Shown piece by piece: positions 1 to 8,259 of a DNA stretch of 60,236 nucleotides (position 1 is the stretch's first letter; the number at the start of each line of letters is the position of its first letter). Source of the stretch: a virus (taxonomy: Duplodnaviria; Caudoviricetes). The stretch lies in the IMG/VR virus record IMGVR_UViG_3300017714_002351, positions 1 to 60,236 of that record. The stretch is one strand, 5' to 3'. The notes under the pieces are model-generated. The model was not told where the DNA came from, ran no database searches, and was given only the letters and a program-made list of their open reading frames with translations. Both the position numbers and the translations under genes were made by a program.

Positions 1-788
1 AATGAATGTGTTTGTGTACCGCCGTAGGTTAAAGTTACAGTATTTGAATATTCAGCGAACTTACCCCCACCATAACAATCAGCACACCTATAAAGTTTTG
101 TAGTGATTCTAAATACGTCCTTACAGTCACCACTCGTTGCTGAACACAATCCTACAGATGTGTTTGACTTATGTGATTGCACATCAACACCATAGTTTAA
201 TGTCATGCCTGATTGTATCTCCGCGATAGTCAAGTCTGGACCCATTTCAAATTTTTCTGAAGTTATTTGTCCACCACCCAATGCCGTGAAGTTATAATTA
301 TTAGCATCTTGTAAAAGACTGTTATTGTTATTGTGTTGGTAACCTGTACAGGCTTCACCCGCACCAACAGTTGCACTTGATCCACCTGTTCTACATTGTG
401 TTGCGCCTTGTAACTTTATTCTACCTTCAGTCGACCAATCACTTGAATTGATAGTTGGTACAAAGTTTGACGTTGTTGTGGCTGTTATCTGTGATACTTG
501 TTGTGTGGTAGTTGTAGATGTAGCAATCTCTTCAACCACTGTTTCGGTCCAGTTAGTTGTAGTTGTTGTATCTTCGAAGCCACCATTGAGTGTTACCTCT
601 GTGTTAGTTATTACTGAGGTTAAGGTACTAGAGGTTACTGTACCACCGTTAGGCCCTGTATCGCCAACGTTATATTGTTGTGTGTAAGCTAGTGCTGGAT
701 TAGAGTAAGAATAACAACAGAGCACCAATACCAATGCTCCAAGTAGTTGCCTTATTCTTCCACTCTTTTTCGTATGCTTCAAGATCAT
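1..788 (-). CDS. Secreted/structural hypothetical protein, 3' truncated by window edge (not in ORF track)
   Basis: Manual translation from ATG at 788: MILKHTKKSGRIRQLLGALVLVLCCYSYSNPALAYTQQYNVGDTGPNGG...; signal-peptide-like N-terminus, Thr-rich, frame open to position 1; overlaps upstream gene by 89 nt. Confidence 0.75.
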   Translation of the reverse strand, partial: MILKHTKKSGRIRQLLGALVLVLCCYSYSNPALAYTQQYNVGDTGPNGGTVTSSTLTSVITNTEVTLNGGFEDTTTTTNWTETVVEEIATSTTTTQQVSQITATTTSNFVPTINSSDWSTEGRIKLQGATQCRTGGSSATVGAGEACTGYQHNNNNSLLQDANNYNFTALGGGQITSEKFEMGPDLTIAEIQSGMTLNYGVDVQSHKSNTSVGLCSATSGDCKDVFRITTKLYRCADCYGGGKFAEYSNTVTLTYGGTQTHS

Positions 789-1251
789 TTTCTTTTAACC
801 ATTTCTCATAATCAGGGCGTTTGTCTGGATTCTCAGCCCATGCTTTCGCGGCCTCAATTCCAATCTTACCTTTGTACGGACAAGGTGTACCTGCCATCTC
901 CATGGCTTCAAATACTCTTGCATCTTGGCATAATAAAGATACTGCGGCGACCTTCATACCCATACCATATAATGATCTGGATAGTTTCAATCTTTCACAG
1001 TTTAGATCTCGTATAGTTGTTCCACCTGCAATACCAAACACCTGTGTTTGTACTGCGGCACTTGTTCCCGTTGAACAAACATCTTGATTGTTAATCATAA
1101 CGTTTGGTGCTGACGCTGTTGGTGGTGTTTTGTCAACCGTAGTAGTACCTGTAACGGTTGATGTTACTGTGTTTGTTTCAGCGACTGCCTGTGTTGAAAA
1201 TAAGGCAAGTGTCGCCACCGTCAAAAATATTGCTAACGTTTTAAACTTCAT
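700..1251 (-). CDS. Hypothetical exported, Cys-containing protein with C-terminal membrane anchor
   Basis: Likely start MKFKTLAIF (ATG 1251); signal peptide; DLNCERLKLS...LLCQDARV...GTPCP motif; hydrophobic C-terminus. Confidence 0.75.
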   Translation of the reverse strand: MKFKTLAIFLTVATLALFSTQAVAETNTVTSTVTGTTTVDKTPPTASAPNVMINNQDVCSTGTSAAVQTQVFGIAGGTTIRDLNCERLKLSRSLYGMGMKVAAVSLLCQDARVFEAMEMAGTPCPYKGKIGIEAAKAWAENPDKRPDYEKWLKENDLEAYEKEWKNKATTWSIGIGALLLFLL

Positions 1252-1431
1252 ATTATATTTTCCGTAAACCCCTAGTCTGGTAGAGTTGTGCCCTTCACAC
1301 ACTTATTTATCAGATGTAAAAAAAGTTACACCTTTTAGTACACATATAATAAATGTGGGCTTTACCTCGTAATTAAACACCTACATAATTTAATAAGGTT
1401 AAATACAGTTAGCATTTAGAAGGGTAGTTTA

Positions 1432-1683
1432 ATGCCTAAGAAAACAAACGTTCAACTCTCGAGCGACTATGATGAACACAATCTTATCATGGACCAAGTT
1501 GCTGATCACTTTGACACATATCAGTTTAACGAAAGATTACCATTGGAATTAGCAAAGATAGAACGACAAGCTATCTATGAAAAGTTTAATGAGTTTGACG
1601 GGAACAGAACAAAAACGGCCAACGCACTGGGCATTGGCCGAACTAATTTAATTAAAAAGCTAAAGAAATACGGTTTATTTTAA
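1432..1683 (+). CDS. Stand-alone Fis-type (HTH_8) DNA-binding protein
   Basis: IERQAI...DGNRTKTANALGIGRTNLIKKLKKYGL matches the Fis/NtrC C-terminal HTH pattern. Confidence 0.8.
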   Translation: MPKKTNVQLSSDYDEHNLIMDQVADHFDTYQFNERLPLELAKIERQAIYEKFNEFDGNRTKTANALGIGRTNLIKKLKKYGLF

Positions 1684-2097
1684 CCAAGCAACCTTTTCGC
1701 CTGCTTTTAATCTACGTGAGTGTTCCTCAACTGAACCAGGATATCTCCAAGCCCATATAGCCACGAGTGCCATAAAGCCACCACTCCACATAATTGCTTT
1801 AATGTTCTCAGTTGCAAACCAAGTAAACACTAAAGTTGATGACATTACTATCACCATTGCATATTTCCCTTTGGTAGGAAATACTCTTTTCTTAGTCCAG
1901 TTAGTTAGGAACTTGCCGAACCATGGGTGATTGTATAACCAAGCCTCCATACGTGGAGAACTCTTGGCAAACGCCCAAGCGGCAATGACTAAGAATATAC
2001 TAAATGGTATGCCAGGAGTTACAAATCCTATATAAGCAATACCCACACACAGGAAACCTATGCCCATGTACATATACTTCTTTATTTTATCCATCAT
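1675..2097 (-). CDS. ybaN: YbaN/DUF454 family inner-membrane protein
   Basis: IGFVTPGIPFSIFLVIAAWAFAKSSPRMEAWLYNHPWFG signature. Confidence 0.85.
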   Translation of the reverse strand: MMDKIKKYMYMGIGFLCVGIAYIGFVTPGIPFSIFLVIAAWAFAKSSPRMEAWLYNHPWFGKFLTNWTKKRVFPTKGKYAMVIVMSSTLVFTWFATENIKAIMWSGGFMALVAIWAWRYPGSVEEHSRRLKAGEKVAWLK

Positions 2098-2111
2098 CTT
2101 CTTTCTTGTTA

Positions 2112-3290
2112 TTATAATACTTTTTGCAGAGCATCACATAAGTCATGCATCATTGCATTAGTATGGAATGGAGTCGGAGCAAAACGTAGGCGTTCTGTGC
2201 CTTCCTCAACCGTTGGGTGATTTATTGCTTGACAATATATTCCATATTCGTTTATTAGTTCGTCACTAATTCTTTTGGTCTTCTTTGGATCTCCTATCAT
2301 GACAGGAACTATATGTGTTTCATTGTCCATGACAGGTATGTCTCTATTCCTTAGAAGTGTCTTTAATCTTTTTGCACGTTCTTGGTGCTTGACTCTTAGG
2401 TCGTTGTGGTCTTTTAAATATTTTACACTTGCCAATGCACCTGCACATAGTACAGGACTCATTGAAGTAGTAAAGATAAAGCCTGATGCTATAGAACGGA
2501 TAGCGTCGATTACATCGTGCTTCCCTGCAATATATCCGCCCGTAACACCAAAGGCTTTACCTAGTGTACCATTAAGAATATCGATTTGGTCCTGTGATCT
2601 TAGCTTTGCAGAATATCCTGCACCTGTTTCACCATACAGGCCAACGGCGTGAACCTCATCTAAGTACGTAATGGCATTATACTTCTTAGCCAATGCAACA
2701 ATTTCTGGAATCTTACTGACGTATCCATCCATGCTATACACAGACTCAAAGACAATGCAAGGTGTTCCTTTGACGTCTCGCAGTAGTTTTTCTAAATGCT
2801 CAAGATCATTGTGCTTGAAAATATGTTTCTCAGCACCACTGTGTCTAATACCTTGAATTAAAGATGCGTGATTCTTGCTATCACTTAAGAACACAATGTC
2901 GGGAATGATGCGTTTCAGAGCAATCAGAGTCCATTCATTTGCTACATAGGCTGATGTGAATAATAAAGCTGACTGTTTGCTATGCAGTTTCGCCAACTCA
3001 TTTTCCAAGGCAACATGATAATGACTTGTTCCGGCAATGTTTCTAGTTCCACCCGAACCGGCACCTGTTTGATCTAGGGCGGTGTGCATGGCATCGAGTA
3101 CTACCTTATGTTGACCCATTCCAAGATAATCGTTACTACACCAATTTACAATGTTTTTTATTGCGTACTTCCCGTACCATATGGCCTTAGGAAAATCACC
3201 GCGTTCACGAAGTATATCGTTGAACACACGGTAGTTGCCGTTATCCTTTAGTTCTTTTATCTTTTTCTTGAATGGTTCTAAGTCTATCAT
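2112..3290 (-). CDS. hemA: 5-aminolevulinate synthase (PLP-dependent, Shemin pathway)
   Basis: WCSNDYLGMGQH, GAGSGGTRNIAGT, FESVYSMDG, DEVHAVGLYG, GTLGKAFG (PLP lysine) motifs. Confidence 0.96.
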   Translation of the reverse strand: MIDLEPFKKKIKELKDNGNYRVFNDILRERGDFPKAIWYGKYAIKNIVNWCSNDYLGMGQHKVVLDAMHTALDQTGAGSGGTRNIAGTSHYHVALENELAKLHSKQSALLFTSAYVANEWTLIALKRIIPDIVFLSDSKNHASLIQGIRHSGAEKHIFKHNDLEHLEKLLRDVKGTPCIVFESVYSMDGYVSKIPEIVALAKKYNAITYLDEVHAVGLYGETGAGYSAKLRSQDQIDILNGTLGKAFGVTGGYIAGKHDVIDAIRSIASGFIFTTSMSPVLCAGALASVKYLKDHNDLRVKHQERAKRLKTLLRNRDIPVMDNETHIVPVMIGDPKKTKRISDELINEYGIYCQAINHPTVEEGTERLRFAPTPFHTNAMMHDLCDALQKVL

Positions 3291-3420
3291 CTTTTGTATT
3301 TATTTGGTTCTGGTGGACATATACACCGTTATGATGATAGTGAATCTGTATGCCTGCTTCGTGCAGTTCCTTTTGCACTTTATTACAGTTCTCTATAAAG
3401 TTTTTAATCCATCTTAGCAT
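3241..3420 (-). CDS. Small hypothetical protein
   Basis: MLRWIKNFIENC... bridges methyltransferase and hemA with overlaps. Confidence 0.5.
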   Translation of the reverse strand: MLRWIKNFIENCNKVQKELHEAGIQIHYHHNGVYVHQNQINTKDDRLRTIQEKDKRTKG

Positions 3421-4237
3421 ATAACTTATATTTATACTGTTTGTTAGCACCCATTCTAAATAGGTGTAGCCTACTCTGTTGTATGTCTCTGAATATGTTT
3501 ATTGATTCCTGTGGAACCATATCCTTAAACCTTGCGTCTAAGGTAGCTAGATCGTACTCCATAGCTGAAACTGTTTGTTGTGTTAGGTCTGTTTCTTCTT
3601 CTATTCTATAATTCTTTAGTACTGCATCTTTGAACTCGTTGATACTTGTTCTATCAAAGAAGTCGCTTATTAATATAGTACCTTTGTACTTCTTATCAAA
3701 GAAGCCCGTTTCAAATAGTAGGTGTGCTGAACATACACTTATAATATAATCATAAACATGATCACCGTCATAGTCACAGAGCTTATCGTCTTGTAGAAAT
3801 CTCTGTTGTGGATAGTTCTGCCTAGCATATTCAATACATTGTGGATTATTATCTACGCCTGTGATGTTTGCCTTGCGATACTTTGCTATGGCATGAACAC
3901 CTCTACCCCAACCACAGCCCATATCGACTATGCGTTTTGCACTTAGATCTTCATCTTTAACTAGGTTAAGGTATGCCTTGACTTGCATTGGCCAATCCTG
4001 ATCCTCTGCATATAGTTCTATACTAGAGTCATTTAGCCCGTGATTCTGCATAGGCTTCCATGCAATATTGCGTACATGATCTTCGAATAACTCGTTGTTG
4101 GATAGGTTAATTGCAGGATTGTTTAGTTTGGTCTTTTCACTTCGTAGTTCTATTGTTTCCTTACTAGCCGAAGTTAGCTTGGCAAAGATCTTGTCTTGAT
4201 CTTTTTTAGTAAGTGTAACTAGTCCTCGAGTTCCCAT
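3404..4237 (-). CDS. Class I SAM-dependent methyltransferase
   Basis: IVDMGCGWGRG motif I, ITGVDNNP motif II. Confidence 0.85.
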   Translation of the reverse strand: MGTRGLVTLTKKDQDKIFAKLTSASKETIELRSEKTKLNNPAINLSNNELFEDHVRNIAWKPMQNHGLNDSSIELYAEDQDWPMQVKAYLNLVKDEDLSAKRIVDMGCGWGRGVHAIAKYRKANITGVDNNPQCIEYARQNYPQQRFLQDDKLCDYDGDHVYDYIISVCSAHLLFETGFFDKKYKGTILISDFFDRTSINEFKDAVLKNYRIEEETDLTQQTVSAMEYDLATLDARFKDMVPQESINIFRDIQQSRLHLFRMGANKQYKYKLYAKMD

Positions 4238-4261
4238 GATGTAATACTTATAGAAATTTAA

Positions 4262-4291
4262 AGGCCTGCTCCAAGTAAATGAAACAGGCCT
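4262..4291 (-). terminator. Intrinsic terminator hairpin
   Basis: Minus strand AGGCCTGTTTCA-TTTACT-TGGAGCAGGCCT followed by TT. Confidence 0.55.
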
Positions 4292-4413
4292 CCCGCCTCC
4301 TATGTATATAGTTTTACGCCTCTATGAGTACGTTTGCATTATCATTGTGTCGTTTGCCAACGTGTCTTTACTATGTTGGCGGTGACTTTGCATCTATTCG
4401 GTGTTTAGTCATA

Positions 4414-4692
4414 TTACTTGTTGTCTTTATCTGGGGTTCCGTTAACGAAATCGTAGAACCTTTCTGCATTCTTTAGAACTTCATCTGTTCCTGGTACATC
4501 TGGCATCTTAACGTCCATGACCACTTGACCAGTTTCTTTATCACGTTTAGCTGTTTGTTCCCAGCCCATCCACTTGTTTGAAAATTCAAACTCTGTGAAC
4601 TGTTTGGCCATTTCCAATACATCTGTTCTAATTTCGTAACCGTTTTTATTGAATTGTATCTTTGGTGATACATTATCTTTTGGATTTGTCAT
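4414..4692 (-). CDS. Hypothetical phage protein
   Basis: ORF with AAGGAG RBS preceded by a CA-repeat leader; GYEIRTDVLEMAK...EVLKNAERFYDFV. Confidence 0.8.
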   Translation of the reverse strand: MTNPKDNVSPKIQFNKNGYEIRTDVLEMAKQFTEFEFSNKWMGWEQTAKRDKETGQVVMDVKMPDVPGTDEVLKNAERFYDFVNGTPDKDNK

Positions 4693-4894
4693 TGTATACT
4701 CCTTCTGTGTGTGTTGTGTGTAATGACGCTATTAAGTATAATAGCACTTTTATTTATAAAAATCAAGAATTTAGATCGCCAAATTAGGTACCTACAACCA
4801 TTTATGATCAGTTTACTTGTAAGACTTGCTATTTAAATATTACAACGATATTACACGAGTGTGATTTCGTTTAACTTATAGAAAGGAGATCCAC

Positions 4895-5128
4895 ATGGAT
4901 ATCTTAACTAAAGTAAAAGGATGGGCCGGAGCTCTAGCCGAAGTTGGTGTGAGTTTGATTGCATTGGGCATAGTGCTTGAGGTTCTTTTCAAAGGACAGA
5001 ACATTCCGTTCTGGCCAAACATTTCCGTAATAGGAAATGTCCAAAACATTATTGCAGGCTTTTCAGCTCAAGGTTTAGTTGGCTTGGTTGCAGTATGGGT
5101 TCTATATTCGATTTACACAAAAAAATAA
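4895..5128 (+). CDS. Small two-TM membrane protein
   Basis: AAGGAG RBS; two hydrophobic segments. Confidence 0.8.
   Translation: MDILTKVKGWAGALAEVGVSLIALGIVLEVLFKGQNIPFWPNISVIGNVQNIIAGFSAQGLVGLVAVWVLYSIYTKK
5102..5123 (+). repeat. 22-nt exact direct repeat, copy 1 (CTATATTCGATTTACACAAAAA)
   Basis: Identical to 6118..6139. Confidence 0.9.
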
Positions 5129-5289
5129 TAATATAGAAAAATAACAACAAGTTGGTTGTGGCGATGAGTCTATTCTTTTTGCCACAACCTATACGTTTGT
5201 TTAGATAAATATATGTTGAAGATGTTAAAACAAATCCTCACAACAAAGAAGACAATCTAAATAAAAAGAATCGAAGGAGAAATATAAGA

Positions 5290-5895
5290 ATGAAGAAACT
5301 ATTCTTAGTAATGCTCTCTTGTGCATTTCTAACTACACCAGTTATCGCGGGTAACTACGACAACATGGGTGTATCAATGAATGCTGAAGGAGAGAAGTAT
5401 GGACTATCAATTGGAACAGGAGCAACGAATGACTTTTCAGATGATGCTCAAGTAATTGACATTCATACAAACGGTAACCCTATTAACGTAGGTGTTGCTT
5501 ACATCGACGATGGTACTAATACCGATTGGCGTTGGACAGCAGGTGCTGAAAGAGATCTTTCAACACTTGGATCGTTTAATGTTTACGGTGGCGGTGACAT
5601 TCACTATACCACAGGTGACACTTTAAGCAAAGACGAAATGAGATTATCTCCGTTCGTTGGTGCTGAGACATCAATGGGTACTAACCTAACACCATTTGTA
5701 GAACTTGGATACGATTGGAAATCATTAGAGGGTGACTTTACTGATTTCGAACGTGCTGACGCATACGCATCTGTAGGTACTTCAATTGCATTGAGTGAAA
5801 AGAGCTCATTGAAGATTGCAGTAAATAGAGAGATGGATAAAGAATGGGACGCAACTGATACTGAAGCTTCAGTAGGCTTTACAGTTAACTTTTAA
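5290..5895 (+). CDS. Outer-membrane beta-barrel (porin-like) protein
   Basis: Signal peptide, alternating beta-strand pattern, C-terminal aromatic BAM-type signal GFTVNF. Confidence 0.75.
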   Translation: MKKLFLVMLSCAFLTTPVIAGNYDNMGVSMNAEGEKYGLSIGTGATNDFSDDAQVIDIHTNGNPINVGVAYIDDGTNTDWRWTAGAERDLSTLGSFNVYGGGDIHYTTGDTLSKDEMRLSPFVGAETSMGTNLTPFVELGYDWKSLEGDFTDFERADAYASVGTSIALSEKSSLKIAVNREMDKEWDATDTEASVGFTVNF

Positions 5896-5914
5896 TCTTT
5901 AATAAACAATTTGA

Positions 5915-5943
5915 GGGGCAGTTTTTGTACTGCTCCTTTTTTT
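5915..5943 (+). terminator. Intrinsic terminator
   Basis: GGGGCAGT-TTTTGT-ACTGCTCC then T-run. Confidence 0.75.
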
Positions 5944-5962
5944 ATCTAAGGAGGGTAACAAA

Positions 5963-6082
5963 ATGTTTAAAAATAAAAAACTTTGGATTGCTATTATAGT
6001 AGCAGTCGTTGTATTAGGTTACATGGCTTACACAGGAAACATGATCTCTTGGTCACCTGCTGAAGCTCCAGTAACTGAGTAA
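5963..6082 (+). CDS. 39-aa single-TM protein (not in ORF track)
   Basis: AAGGAGGG RBS; MFKNKKLWIAIIVAVVVLGYMAYTGNMISWSPAEAPVTE. Confidence 0.75.
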   Translation: MFKNKKLWIAIIVAVVVLGYMAYTGNMISWSPAEAPVTE

Positions 6083-6090
6083 CTTACTCA

Positions 6091-6124
6091 AAAAAATAGG
6101 GCGGTATTTCTATCGCCCTATATT
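6091..6124. terminator. Terminator between convergent genes
   Basis: A-run, ATAGGGCGGTA-TTTC-TATCGCCCTAT hairpin. Confidence 0.75.
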
Positions 6125-6139
6125 CGATTTACACAAAAA
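6118..6139 (+). repeat. 22-nt exact direct repeat, copy 2
   Basis: Identical to 5102..5123. Confidence 0.9.
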
Positions 6140-6140
6140 T

Positions 6141-6194
6141 CTATTTCTTTTTACCCGAAACCCAATCGTTTTCTTCGTTAGTATAAGGCCACAT
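6141..6194 (-). CDS. 17-aa micro-protein MWPYTNEENDWVSGKKK (not in ORF track)
   Basis: ATG 1 nt after stop of upstream gene; ends just before terminator. Confidence 0.55.
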   Translation of the reverse strand: MWPYTNEENDWVSGKKK

Positions 6195-6195
6195 A

Positions 6196-6447
6196 TTACG
6201 CCGCCTTACCTTTCCAGAACGCAACCGAGTGTCCTCTTAGATAATGTTTCGCAGGATCATAACTTGACTTGATCTTTTTAAGTTTTTCTAATCTCACTAA
6301 AGCCTTTTCTTTTCTATTTTGAAGTTTTAACTTCTCTAGTAGTAGAGCCTTTGCTTCATTGTGGTAACCTTGTCTTGATAGTTCCGCGGCCGCTCTCGCA
6401 TAACCGGCAACCTCAAACCAATTTAGTAAACGTTTAATAATAAGCAT
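6196..6447 (-). CDS. Small hypothetical protein (GYARAAAELSRQGY motif)
   Basis: AAGGA RBS; member of small-protein operon. Confidence 0.75.
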   Translation of the reverse strand: MLIIKRLLNWFEVAGYARAAAELSRQGYHNEAKALLLEKLKLQNRKEKALVRLEKLKKIKSSYDPAKHYLRGHSVAFWKGKAA

Positions 6448-6462
6448 TGTTCAGATCCTTTC

Positions 6463-6648
6463 CTAATATCTAACCTGTTTGATTCTGTGACCAAACGGGC
6501 CAACTTCGATCTGCCTGCGATCGAGTTGTTTAATGCGACGTTCGAGATCAACATGATCGACAGAGCGAGACAAATAGTCCTCTTCCCATCGTTGTTGAGT
6601 CCAAACCATCGACTTGAGTTTTTTAATAATTGTACGAAGTACTTGCAT
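6463..6648 (-). CDS. Small protein, DUF3563-like
   Basis: EEDYLSRSVDHVDLERRIKQLDR resembles the DUF3563 YLxxSxDxxDLExRxRxL pattern; AAGGAGG RBS. Confidence 0.65.
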   Translation of the reverse strand: MQVLRTIIKKLKSMVWTQQRWEEDYLSRSVDHVDLERRIKQLDRRQIEVGPFGHRIKQVRY

Positions 6649-6867
6649 TTAAGCTACCTCCTTCGCACTATCTATTGGGGTGTGTTTATATGTTCCGTAA
6701 TTCGGATTCGGCTTCTGCCCGTTAGTAGCAATCATATGTGCTAAGGCAAATTCCCAATCGTCCTTATATTCAGTTCTGGCCCATTTCTCAAACTCAGCAT
6801 GGCGTCGGCTTTCAAAGCCAGACCCATGATTCATCCAAGACACTAGACCACTCCAAAAGTGTGTCAT
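6649..6867 (-). CDS. Small hypothetical protein (WARTEYKDDW motif)
   Basis: AGGAG RBS; first gene after structured leader. Confidence 0.75.
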   Translation of the reverse strand: MTHFWSGLVSWMNHGSGFESRRHAEFEKWARTEYKDDWEFALAHMIATNGQKPNPNYGTYKHTPIDSAKEVA

Positions 6868-6874
6868 TGTTTTC

Positions 6875-7060
6875 TCCTATGTTTTGGATGCTTAAGGAAA
6901 GCAATACCCCGAGTCTTTTCTCGGCGTCAGTAGTCTTTGCTACCGTCAATGTCGCTTTGGACATCGTCATTTGCTATTTAAGGAGTGCTCTCTACTCCCT
7001 GGTCAATCCCAGTGTATGTGTGTGTCATCGGAAAAACTTAGAAAGGTCTTTGCGTCGACA
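6875..7060 (-). ncRNA. Candidate structured leader RNA with three tandem covarying hairpin modules
   Basis: Minus strand TGACG-ATGTC-CAAAGC-GACAT-TGACG-GTAG-CAAAGA-CTAC-TGACG-CCGAG-AAAAGA-CTCGG (6909..6969), plus further hairpins; downstream of a TATAAATA late promoter. Confidence 0.65.
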
Positions 7061-7064
7061 TTCG

Positions 7065-7072
7065 TATTTATA
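7065..7072 (-). promoter_or_regulatory. T4-type late promoter TATAAATA
   Basis: Exact TATAAATA on minus strand ahead of the structured leader. Confidence 0.7.
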
Positions 7073-7249
7073 ATATTAGTACAAAACTCGGGGCCTTAAT
7101 GGAGCAGATCTCCTGTACTTTTTTTGCATACCGTCGTTGCATTTTTGTTGACACAGGATTGTAATCAAATTGTAACAAAATTTTTCTTGACTTTAAGTAA
7201 ATAAGAGTGTAAATTAATATTTGAATACGAACTTCAGACAGGAGTATAT

Positions 7250-8209
7250 GTGGAAGTATTAACATTATGGATGGCAATAGGCTTTTTATTCGCGGCTTAC
7301 TCTGTCATAGCAAACGATTCCGTACAGACCCTTGGTACGTGGATTGCATCCAACCATGAACGATATGACTGGAAGATCATGTGGGGAGCCGCAAGTGCTG
7401 TCCTGCTATGGGCTCTATGGTATGGTTGGTATACTAATGGAGGGGATATTTCATATGGACGACTGAACAGGATACCGTGGCAGGAAATACAATGGTATCA
7501 TGCGGCCGCTCCAGGATTACTATTAATATTAACAAGACTAGGTGTTCCAGTAAGTACATCATTTTTAGTATTAAGTGCTTTCGCTAGTACATTTGTATTA
7601 GAGAAGATGCTTATGAAAAGCATGATGGGTTATGCAGTAGCAGGTGTATCAGCTTATGCTATATGGTACGGTATTACTAAAGTGATGGACGAGTCTGCTT
7701 CAGTTAAAGAAAGTCATAAAGCATATTGGCGAGTAGGACAATGGATTACCACAGGAGTATTGTGGTGGACTTGGTTAAGTCATGACATGGCCAACATAGC
7801 AGTTTACCTACCTAGACAAGTTCCTATAGATATGATGATAATGGTATCATTAATATTTGTACTAGGGCTAGGTTATATGTTTAGGGAACGTGGCGGTAAG
7901 ATACAACAGATAGTCATAGAGAAACATAATACAAGATATGTTAGAAGTGCTTGTCTTATAGACTTGTTTTACTTTGTAATACTTTTATTCTTTAAAGAGA
8001 TTAACGATATACCTATGTCAACTACTTGGGTCTTTGTAGGATTGTTAACAGGACGTGAACTTGCTATTGCTACATTTACAGACAAAACAAAGTTCAAAGG
8101 TGTGTTTCCTTTTATTGCAAAAGACTTCTTTAAGATGATGATTGGCTTAGGTGCATCAGTAGGAATAGTTTTAGCAATACATTATATAATAGTTCCAAAC
8201 GGTTGGTAA
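7250..8209 (+). CDS. Multi-TM protein, PiT/PHO4-like phosphate transporter candidate
   Basis: Many TM helices; two related motifs IANDSVQ and SHDMAN resembling the duplicated PiT GANDVAN signature; LGVPVSTS and IPMSTT. Confidence 0.55.
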   Translation: MEVLTLWMAIGFLFAAYSVIANDSVQTLGTWIASNHERYDWKIMWGAASAVLLWALWYGWYTNGGDISYGRLNRIPWQEIQWYHAAAPGLLLILTRLGVPVSTSFLVLSAFASTFVLEKMLMKSMMGYAVAGVSAYAIWYGITKVMDESASVKESHKAYWRVGQWITTGVLWWTWLSHDMANIAVYLPRQVPIDMMIMVSLIFVLGLGYMFRERGGKIQQIVIEKHNTRYVRSACLIDLFYFVILLFFKEINDIPMSTTWVFVGLLTGRELAIATFTDKTKFKGVFPFIAKDFFKMMIGLGASVGIVLAIHYIIVPNGW

Positions 8210-8259
8210 TCTTTTAAACACCTTTAGAACTCTAGTGTCATTACATTTAAATAATTTAT

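Noticed and set aside
6909-6969. Mini-CRISPR interpretation of the repeated modules
   Set aside because: Constant part is only 5 nt, variable parts are 14-16 nt self-complementary hairpins, and no cas genes are present
6738-7073. 111-aa + strand ORF
   Set aside because: Antisense to the structured leader and a real gene; no RBS or recognisable motif
7110-7150. TTGCATACCGTCGTTGCAT as a regulator site
   Set aside because: Weak symmetry and a single occurrence; cannot assign a factor
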